Shown: positions 6,722-13,581, counted from the first letter of the stretch. The stretch is 14,179 nucleotides of DNA from Sphaerochaetaceae bacterium (GCA_024698005.1 JAILRW010000089.1:1-14179), one strand, 5' to 3'. The notes: generated by a model not told the origin, from the letters alone. A program made the numbers and translations.

Positions 6722-8983
6722 TCAGAGCATATTGCGGATAATCTTTCCGCTGATTGTCTTAGGAAGCTCGTCCCTGAAGACAATCTGTCTTGGATACTTG
6801 TAAGGTGCGGTGTGCGACTTTACATAGTTCTGGATTTCCTTCTTGAGATCCTCTGATGGTTCTGTTCCCTTTGTAAGAACGATAGATGCCTTTACAATCT
6901 GTCCTCTTACAGGATCTGGAGCAGCAGATACACCACACTCGAGAACGTAAGGGAGCTCCATGATTACAGACTCTACTTCGAATGGTCCGATTCTGTAGCC
7001 AGAGGACTTGATGATGTCGTCTACGCGACCGACATAGAAGAAGTAGCCATCCTCATCCTGCCATGCAGTATCACCTGTGTGGTAGAATCCATCGTGGATT
7101 GCTTCCTTGGTCTTCTCCTCATCCCTGTAGTACTCAGTAAAGAGACCAACTGGTCTTCCTTCAGAAAGATCGATGACGATTTCACCAACTTCACCTGGTG
7201 GTACTGGCTTTCCTTCATTGTCAACAAGCATGACCTTGTACTGAGGAGAAGCCTTACCCATAGAACCGAGCTTGACCTTTCCACCACCGAAGTTTGCAAC
7301 GGTAAGGGTTGTTTCGGTCTGGCCAAAGCCTTCGCAGATCTCCAATCCTGTTGCCTTGTAGAACTGTGTTGCAACCTCTGGGTTGAGTGCTTCGCCAGCT
7401 GTGGTCATATGCTTGACTGAACTGAAGTTGTACTTTGAGAGATCCTCTTTTATCATCATCCTGAGCATTGTAGGAGGTGCACAGAAGGTCTTGATCTGGT
7501 AGTTTGCAAACATAGGCATGATATCGTCTGCGTGGAAGCGATCGAAGTCGTAGACAAAGACAGCGCCTTCACACATCCACTGGCCATAGAGCTTGCCCCA
7601 GAGGGACTTGCCCCAGCCGGTATCGGAGATGGTGAGGTGAAGTCCATCAGGCTCGCAGCAGTGCCAATACTTTGCAGTGAGGAAGTGACCCAAAGCATAG
7701 GTGTGCTTGTGCTCGACCATCTTTGGGTTTCCTGTAGTACCAGAAGAGAAGAACATGAGTGCGGCTTCATCACCACATGGAGTCTTATCAGTTCTTCTGA
7801 GGGAGCTCTTGAATCTTGGATACTCCTCATTGAAGTCTCTCCAACCATCTCTCTGACCATTTACGATCATCTTGAGCTTAAGTGTTGGACAGTTTGGCTG
7901 TACCTTATCAACTGTTTCTGCACAGTCTCCATCAGCAGTACATACGATTGCCTTTATACCTGCAGCGTTGAAGCGGTATTCGAAGTCGTGCTCTCTGAGC
8001 TGGTAGGTTGCAGGAATAGCAACTGCTCCGATCTTGTGAAGAGCAACCATAGCAGGCCAGAACTGGTAATGTCTCTTGAGAACAAGCATTACCTTATCCC
8101 CTTGTTCGATTCCCAATGAGAGGAAGTAGTTTGCGACTCTGGCACTTTCCTTCTTTATATCCATGAAGGTAAGACGACGCTCTACCTTGTTCTTGTCAAG
8201 GTGGATCATAGCAAGTCTATCAGGATACTTTTCAGCAATTGCATCGACAACATCGTAACCGAAGTTGAACTTCTCTGTATTCTTGAATTTGACGTCTTTC
8301 AGGACACCCTTTTCATCTTCGATACAGTCGACGAACTTGTTGATAAGCAGTTTGCGTGTTGATGGTGCAGGTGCAAGAGATGCAGCTATGCTTGTATCAC
8401 CATTCTCATCCTCGCCAGGAAGGACAACTGCTACGAAGAGACAGTCCTTGCCGTCGATTGCAATCATGCCGTGTGGGGTAGAGGAGTTGTAATAGATACA
8501 GTCACCTTCATGGAGAACTTCCTTATTGGTTCCGACCTGTACAAGGAGAGAACCCTGGATGACGATATCGAATTCCTGTCCAGCGTGGGTTGCAAGCTGG
8601 ATTGGTTTTCCCTGAAGTTCTTCCGAGTAGTCGTACTTTACCCAGTAAGGCTCTGCAATCTTGTTCTTGAATTTAGGAGCAAGGTTCTGGATATCTATAC
8701 CCATCTCCTTTGCGGTCTGCTGACCCATGCCCTTACGGGTTATTGTGTAGGATGAAAGTCTTGTAGAATGACCTTCAAGCAGATCGGTAATATCGATTGC
8801 GAAAACCATTGCACACTTGTGAATGAAAGAGAAAGGAAGGTCTGCTTCTCCACTTTCATAAGCCTTGTATTCTGCAAGGGTCAGGTCAGTTTTCTGAGCC
8901 ATGGTGTTCTGAGAGAAACCCATGATCTCGCGCATGTCTCGAATTCTGGATGCGACTTCCAGAAGCTGTGATTCAGTATCCAC
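6722..8983 (-). CDS. Fusion protein: XRE-type HTH plus cupin (aa 1-190) joined to an ACSM-type medium-chain acyl-CoA synthetase (aa 211-753)
   Basis: GTG start at 8983 with GGAGG (8990-8994) 6 nt upstream. The N-terminus (REIMGFSQNTMAQKTDLTLAEYKAYESG) is an HTH_3-like segment. It is followed by cupin strands (HAGQEFDIVIQGSL...LHEGDCIYYNSSTPHGM). The C-terminal 540 aa carry AMP-binding motifs FFSSGTTGNPK, DTGWGKSLW, GFGQTETT, YHTGD, GRVDDIIKSSGYRIGPFEVE and LPKTISGKIIR, and resemble ACSM/MACS enzymes (APDPVRGQIVKA, APYKYPRQIVF). Confidence 0.85.
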   Translation of the reverse strand: MDTESQLLEVASRIRDMREIMGFSQNTMAQKTDLTLAEYKAYESGEADLPFSFIHKCAMVFAIDITDLLEGHSTRLSSYTITRKGMGQQTAKEMGIDIQNLAPKFKNKIAEPYWVKYDYSEELQGKPIQLATHAGQEFDIVIQGSLLVQVGTNKEVLHEGDCIYYNSSTPHGMIAIDGKDCLFVAVVLPGEDENGDTSIAASLAPAPSTRKLLINKFVDCIEDEKGVLKDVKFKNTEKFNFGYDVVDAIAEKYPDRLAMIHLDKNKVERRLTFMDIKKESARVANYFLSLGIEQGDKVMLVLKRHYQFWPAMVALHKIGAVAIPATYQLREHDFEYRFNAAGIKAIVCTADGDCAETVDKVQPNCPTLKLKMIVNGQRDGWRDFNEEYPRFKSSLRRTDKTPCGDEAALMFFSSGTTGNPKMVEHKHTYALGHFLTAKYWHCCEPDGLHLTISDTGWGKSLWGKLYGQWMCEGAVFVYDFDRFHADDIMPMFANYQIKTFCAPPTMLRMMIKEDLSKYNFSSVKHMTTAGEALNPEVATQFYKATGLEICEGFGQTETTLTVANFGGGKVKLGSMGKASPQYKVMLVDNEGKPVPPGEVGEIVIDLSEGRPVGLFTEYYRDEEKTKEAIHDGFYHTGDTAWQDEDGYFFYVGRVDDIIKSSGYRIGPFEVESVIMELPYVLECGVSAAPDPVRGQIVKASIVLTKGTEPSEDLKKEIQNYVKSHTAPYKYPRQIVFRDELPKTISGKIIRNML

Positions 8984-8998
8984 AACTTACCTCCGTAT

Positions 8999-9045
8999 AA
9001 AAAAAGCTCGTCTCAAAGACTTGCGAATTATCTTTGAGACGAGCT
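8999..9045 (-). terminator. T-box expression-platform terminator
   Basis: 15-bp perfect stem AGCUCGUCUCAAAGA (9045-9031) / UCUUUGAGACGAGCU (9019-9005) with an 11-nt loop, followed by a run of U to 8999. The 5' arm (CUCAAA, 9038-9033) can alternatively pair with UUUGAG (9093-9088) of the T-box motif to form the antiterminator. Confidence 0.9.
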
Positions 9046-9287
9046 ACATATCCAATCAAAGAATGAGATATGATACCCGCGGTACCACTCAAATTGCGCA
9101 TTTCTGCGCCACTCAGGCTCTATCAAGCCGTATGCCCTAACGCGGCAGGATCGGGGGCCCATTACTCACCATAAAATGGCTTTCCTTTCCCCAGCTCGGA
9201 AGTGATAGGATTACAGGCCCTTCGCTACTGGCTCACACCGTACCCAGCTCGCTGATGCTATCTTCCTGGTCCCTCTTCGTCTTAGCT
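8999..9287 (-). promoter_or_regulatory. T-box riboswitch leader (tRNA-sensing transcription attenuator), probable Ile (AUC) specifier
   Basis: Read on the minus strand. The K-turn-like stem I base is AGC-UAA-GA-C-GAAG (9287-9275) with CUUC-C-GA-GCU (9202-9193). AG box AGCGAG is at 9253-9248. The distal stem CUGG/CCAG carries a loop containing GGUGUGAG (9239-9232). Stem III is GCGCA-GAAA-UGCGC (9109-9096). The T-box motif AAUUUGAGUGGUACCGCGGG is at 9095-9076, and its UGGU bulge implies an A73 tRNA. An antiterminator/terminator alternative is present. The candidate specifier AUC (9206-9204) plus purine A (9203) lies directly 5' of the closing CUUC. Confidence 0.85.
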
Positions 9288-9296
9288 ATTAATTCG

Positions 9297-9325
9297 CTTT
9301 TACCATTTCAGAAAAAAAGAGTCAA
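9297..9325 (-). promoter_or_regulatory. Putative sigma-A promoter for the T-box leader
   Basis: Minus strand: -35 TTGACT (9325-9320), 17-nt spacer ending in TGG (extended -10), -10 TAAAAG (9302-9297). The -35 element overlaps the TGA stop codon (9322-9324) of the upstream ligase gene. The -10 is weak, so this call is tentative. Confidence 0.4.
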
Positions 9326-11778
9326 CAAAGATTGAACCTTTTTTCTGAAACCTCTTTCATTTTATATTTCAAGATCTTTCCCGCAGCGTTCATTGGGAAA
9401 CTTTCTACGAATACAAAGTAGCGAGGCACCTTGTGCTTTGCCATTGATTTGTAACCGTAATCCTTCATCTCTGCTTCGTCTGCACTCTGGCCATCATGCA
9501 AGATTACCCAGGCACAGGCCTCCTCGCCATAGACGTTATCCTTGACGCCGACTACCTGAACATCCTTTATCTTTGGATTTGTGAGATAGAACTCCTCGAT
9601 TTCTCTTGGATAGATATTCTCTCCTCCACGGATGATCATGTCCTTGAGACGACCTGTTACCTTGAAGTAGCCATCTGGGGTGCGGCAGCAGATATCGCCT
9701 GTATGGAGCCAACCATCGGCATCGATGGTCTTTGCTGTAGCTTCAGGCATCTTGTAGTAGCCTTTCATTATGTTGAAGCCTCTGGCAACGAACTCTCCAT
9801 TTTCTCCATCTGGCAGGTCTTTGCCAGTTTCAGGATCGATGATCTTGCACTCGACACCAGGGAAGGCAGAGCCTACAGTGTCTACTCTGTGGTCAAGGTC
9901 CTCATTTACTTCTCCCATGGTACAGCCAGGGGAGGATTCAGTCTGGCCGTATACGGACAGGATTTCCTTCATGTTCATTTCAACAGAGGCTCTTCTCATA
10001 AGATCTGCAGGGCAGTTTGCACCAGCCATGATTCCGGTTCTCATGTATGAGAAATCGGTCTTGGCAAAGTCAGCATGGTTGAACATTGCAATGAACATTG
10101 TAGGAACACCATTGAAGCAGGTGATTTTCTCTTGGTTTATGCAAGCAAGTGATGAGCGGGGTGAGAAGTATGGCATTGGACAGATGGTTCCACCGTGAGT
10201 CATCAGGTTAGTCATAGAAAGTACCATACCAAAGCAGTGGAACATAGGGACCTGGATCATCATTCTGTCTGCAGTAGAGATGTCCATTCTATCCCCGATA
10301 GTCTTACCGTTGTTGATGATATTCTTATGTGTCAGCATGACTCCCTTAGGAAAGCCAGTGGTTCCTGATGTGTACTGCATGTTACATACATCATCAGGTC
10401 TTACCATTGAAGCTCTTCTTCTGACCTCTTCCTGAGGAATGCTATCTGCACGCTCAAGCATCTGGTCCCAGTTGAGAGCCCCTTCCATGTCGAACCCGAC
10501 AGTTATTACATTTCTCAAAAAAGGCAGTCTCTTGGCAAAGAGAGGTTCTCCCTTCTTGTGCTTTTCAAGCTCAGGACAGAGCTCCTGGACAATTTCCTTG
10601 TAGCCAATATCCTTGAGGCTCTCGATCATGACGAGAGTGTGGGTATCTGACTGTCTGAGAAGATACTCGACTTCATGGATTTTATAAGCTGTGTTGACAG
10701 TGACAAGTACGGCACCGATCTTGGTCGCAGCCCAGAAGGATAAAAACCAGGCTGGGATGTTGGTTGCCCAGACAGCTACGTGGTAGCCAGGCTTTACTCC
10801 AAGGGAAATAAAGGCAGCAGCAACTGTATCTACATCCTTCTTGAATTCACTGTATGTCCTTGTGTAATCAAGGGTTGTATATTTGAATGCATACTGATCC
10901 GGATACTTTTCAGCCATAGTATCCAGAACCTCTCCAAAAGTTTTGTTTATAACCTTGTATTTCTTCCAAGGGAATGTGCCTGTTCTAGAGCGATTGAAAT
11001 AGATGGTGTCCTTCTTCTGGTTCTCTCCAGAAAGACGGGAGATGAAGGTTCCAAAGTGAGTGAGAACGATATCTGCATCCTGAACTTCATCATTCCAGTC
11101 AACTGCGAAGAAGCCTTCGTAGTTGAGGGACCTCAGGGCCTTGAGGAAATCCTCAACAGGAAGCTTTCCTTCACCGATAAGGACATTGGTATCATCAAGG
11201 CGGTCACCGATACGGACATATCGAATGTAGGCACCAAGTGTCTTTATTGTAGTCTCTGCACTCTCTCCTGCGAAGAAATAGCTCTCTCTAACATTCCAGG
11301 CAGCCCCGATAGCAGGGGAAGCAAAGACATTTATTATATCCAGAAGCTCACTGGTCTTTGAGAGAGGACCACTAGTTTCAAAGAGGATATCAATATTCTT
11401 CTTTTCCGCTATTTCTATGGCCTGCTCAAACTTCTTCAGGAGCTCTGTTGCATCCACTTGATCATCGATAGATACGATTACATTCTCAACTGATGATAGG
11501 GCAGCCATATCAATATACTGGACGAGAGATACAGCTGAAACCTCAGCGTGGTTTACTGGAAGAGGAAAGGTGATCGCGGAAACTTCTACAGAGTGGTTTC
11601 TCTGGGCAATTCTTCCTTCAGAGATCGACTCTGCTCTCAGAACACTGTCCGAGTGCTTATTTCTCTCTTCTGCTGCATCGTAGATTTCAAAACCATCCAT
11701 GCCATATTCAGAGGCAAAGCGACAGAGTGATGAGAAGGATGGCAGGTCAACATATCTTGTTGAAAAAGCTATCTTCAT
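9322..11778 (-). CDS. Fusion protein: xylose-isomerase-like TIM barrel (aa 1-250) joined to an AMP-dependent acyl-CoA ligase (FadD/ACSF2-like, aa 270-818)
   Basis: The N-terminal segments GMDGFEIY, ILFETSG, YIRYVRIGD and GEGKLPVEDFLKALRSLNYEGFFAVDW follow the pattern of AP_endonuc_2 / sugar-phosphate isomerase-epimerase barrels. The C-terminal part has QYTSGTTGFPKGVMLTH, YGQTESSP, GWLHTGD, GRLKDMIIRGGENIYPREIE and NAAGKILK. The ATG at 11778 overlaps the stop codon of the upstream gene by 4 nt (ATGA). Confidence 0.8.
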   Translation of the reverse strand: MKIAFSTRYVDLPSFSSLCRFASEYGMDGFEIYDAAEERNKHSDSVLRAESISEGRIAQRNHSVEVSAITFPLPVNHAEVSAVSLVQYIDMAALSSVENVIVSIDDQVDATELLKKFEQAIEIAEKKNIDILFETSGPLSKTSELLDIINVFASPAIGAAWNVRESYFFAGESAETTIKTLGAYIRYVRIGDRLDDTNVLIGEGKLPVEDFLKALRSLNYEGFFAVDWNDEVQDADIVLTHFGTFISRLSGENQKKDTIYFNRSRTGTFPWKKYKVINKTFGEVLDTMAEKYPDQYAFKYTTLDYTRTYSEFKKDVDTVAAAFISLGVKPGYHVAVWATNIPAWFLSFWAATKIGAVLVTVNTAYKIHEVEYLLRQSDTHTLVMIESLKDIGYKEIVQELCPELEKHKKGEPLFAKRLPFLRNVITVGFDMEGALNWDQMLERADSIPQEEVRRRASMVRPDDVCNMQYTSGTTGFPKGVMLTHKNIINNGKTIGDRMDISTADRMMIQVPMFHCFGMVLSMTNLMTHGGTICPMPYFSPRSSLACINQEKITCFNGVPTMFIAMFNHADFAKTDFSYMRTGIMAGANCPADLMRRASVEMNMKEILSVYGQTESSPGCTMGEVNEDLDHRVDTVGSAFPGVECKIIDPETGKDLPDGENGEFVARGFNIMKGYYKMPEATAKTIDADGWLHTGDICCRTPDGYFKVTGRLKDMIIRGGENIYPREIEEFYLTNPKIKDVQVVGVKDNVYGEEACAWVILHDGQSADEAEMKDYGYKSMAKHKVPRYFVFVESFPMNAAGKILKYKMKEVSEKRFNLC

Positions 11779-13169
11779 TTCTGGCTCTCCTCATAGGCAA
11801 TCTTGTTGAGTGCGTTGATGTATGCACGTATTGAAGCACCGACGATGTCGGAAGAAAGGCCATTTCCTGAGTAGAGCTTTCCATCACTTCTAAGTCTTAC
11901 AAGAGCACTTCCCAATGATTCCTTGCCTTCTGTTACTGCCTGGATCTGGAAATCATCAACCTCATACTGGTGTCCTACACACTGTTCTATTGCCATGAAG
12001 GCTGAATCGATAGGGCCACCACCTACGCCATTGCCACTGAGGTTTTCACCTCCCTTGTCGAGAACAACGTTGGTAACGCTGTTTACCTTGTTTGAGGTAG
12101 TAACAACGAAGGAAATCAAGTTGTAGGTTGCAGGGAACTGCATTGCACTTGATGCAATTATTGCCTCAAGCTCCTTGCTGGAAATGGAAGATTTCTTCTC
12201 GCAAAGGCTCATGAGAGCTTCGTAGACCTTGCCATTGTCATCTGGAGAGAGGTCGTATCCCAAGGATTTAACTGCTTCGGTTACCTGCTCTATGGAGCTT
12301 TCAGAGTCGAGGAAGATTGCTGAACCATCGAGGTGGAAATCCTCTTCCTCCTTCTTCTTGTTCTGTATCTTCTTGAGCATTGATTCGATATCGGAGTGAA
12401 GCTCAGTAAAGCGCAGGTTTGTAGCGATATCGAGATCACTTCCCTTGATCTTGAGAGCCTGGGCAAAGCTGTCGATTTTCAACGCATCCTTACCGTTTAT
12501 GCTGACTTTGACGCCATCTACGCCTGCCTTTATGGCCTGGAGAGCATTGGCAACAGCAAGGCTTATGCTATCAGATACTTTTACCATTACAGGAAGCTTT
12601 ACATTCTCTTTTATCTCTTTTACGAGAAGTGCGAAATCCTCTGGCATCAAGATTCCTGCATCATCAGAGATTGTGATGATGCCAGCACCTGCTTCCTTTG
12701 CAGCCTTGCAGGCCTGGATCAGGATTTCCTTGTCACTTCTTGTTGCATCGAGGGCCTCGAATTCTACATCTTCACAAACTCCTCTAGCCGCAAGCACAAG
12801 CTCCTTGAGCTTTTCAAGAAGTTTAGGTTCCTTAAGCCTGTACAGATACTCCATCTGAACGGTTGAGACAGGAAGTGAAATCTGAAGCCTTGGATGGAAT
12901 GCACTCTTGATGGATTCTGCAGCCAGCTTGACCTCTTCAACTTTGATTCCTGCAGGGATTGCAATGATTCTGTTCTTTACAGATTCAGAGATTGTCTTTG
13001 CGACAATCTTGTCTTCTCTAGGGTTCTTTATATAAGGTAGTTCGATCACATCAGCACCGTACCTACATAGACCTAGGGCAATAGCAAGCTTTTCTCTGAA
13101 TAAAAGCTGTGACTTTCCACTGCCACCAAGTTCTTTCAATGTGTAATCGGAAATAGTGATTCTTCTCAT
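11775..13169 (-). CDS. 2-isopropylmalate/citramalate synthase-like protein with a degenerate active site and a conserved LeuA-type C-terminal regulatory domain
   Basis: Start at ATG 13167-13169 (MRRITISDYTL) with AAAGGAG (13175-13181) 5 nt upstream. It is colinear with LeuA: the HMGL-like barrel (VEFEALDATR, ITISDDAGILMP, LAVANALQAIKAGVDGVKVSING) and the C-terminal domain (GNGVGGGPIDSAFMAIEQ...GKESLGSALVRL...GNGLSSDIVGASIRAYINALNKI). The catalytic motifs are replaced; see findings. Confidence 0.75.
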   Translation of the reverse strand: MRRITISDYTLKELGGSGKSQLLFREKLAIALGLCRYGADVIELPYIKNPREDKIVAKTISESVKNRIIAIPAGIKVEEVKLAAESIKSAFHPRLQISLPVSTVQMEYLYRLKEPKLLEKLKELVLAARGVCEDVEFEALDATRSDKEILIQACKAAKEAGAGIITISDDAGILMPEDFALLVKEIKENVKLPVMVKVSDSISLAVANALQAIKAGVDGVKVSINGKDALKIDSFAQALKIKGSDLDIATNLRFTELHSDIESMLKKIQNKKKEEEDFHLDGSAIFLDSESSIEQVTEAVKSLGYDLSPDDNGKVYEALMSLCEKKSSISSKELEAIIASSAMQFPATYNLISFVVTTSNKVNSVTNVVLDKGGENLSGNGVGGGPIDSAFMAIEQCVGHQYEVDDFQIQAVTEGKESLGSALVRLRSDGKLYSGNGLSSDIVGASIRAYINALNKIAYEESQK

Positions 13170-13216
13170 GTGATCTCCTTTCATGCTATTTGAGTAAATA
13201 GCTTTGCATGCTCACA

Positions 13217-13244
13217 ATTATTGCGAAACAGTTTAAAGAGTCAA
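13217..13244 (-). promoter_or_regulatory. Putative sigma-A promoter for the synthase-like/ligase genes
   Basis: Minus strand: -35 TTGACT (13244-13239), 16-nt spacer, -10 AATAAT (13222-13217). It lies about 45 nt upstream of the ATG at 13169, inside a 412-bp AT-rich intergenic region. Confidence 0.45.
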
Positions 13245-13581
13245 CAGAGTTTAGAATTCAAATCAATATAATTTTGTTTAAAAACTACATAATTATGCAA
13301 AAAGTTGCAAAAAAACATTTTGATGATAATCTGTTGTTTTAATAATAACAAATATAGCTCTCTCCAAATGTATGAATCGCTTGAATTTGCAGATATGAAA
13401 ATGTACATAAAGAGTTAAAAAAATAACTCTGAGTATGCGGGAAATGGAATTGCTAATGACAATTAACAGGAGTGTTGAAGTAATAATACAGGTATGTAGG
13501 CATCTCAATACAAATACTTCAGGCCTGTTTGAATCTGATATTAATAATATGTATATAGGTTGGTTATCAGATTATTTGCTC

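Noticed and set aside
9217-9223. GAAGGGC in stem I, which resembles the canonical GAA-codon-purine specifier context and would imply a GGG (Gly) specifier.
   Set aside because: The triplet is followed by C, not a purine. It lies only a few base pairs from the distal platform, too close for simultaneous anticodon and elbow docking. A Gly specifier also fits neither the K-turn-anchored fold nor the BCAA gene content.
9316-9327. An identical 12-mer, aaagagtcaaca, occurs at 9316-9327 and 13235-13246. It covers the -35 element of both putative promoters.
   Set aside because: It is suggestive of a shared promoter context. However, a few exact 12-mer repeats are expected by chance in a 14-kb window, so it is not reported as a regulatory repeat on its own.
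13411-13430. Hairpin agagtta-aaaaaa-taactct as a possible azlD terminator.
   Set aside because: The stem is only 7 bp and almost pure A/T, and the downstream U-run is interrupted (UUAUGUACAUUUUC). It is too weak to call.
13532-13573. A 9-bp inverted repeat aatctgata / tatcagatt with a 24-nt spacer just downstream of the azlD stop codon.
   Set aside because: It is AT-rich with a long loop, and no U-tract follows it on the minus strand. Repeats of this size are expected by chance in AT-rich DNA. It is not a credible terminator.
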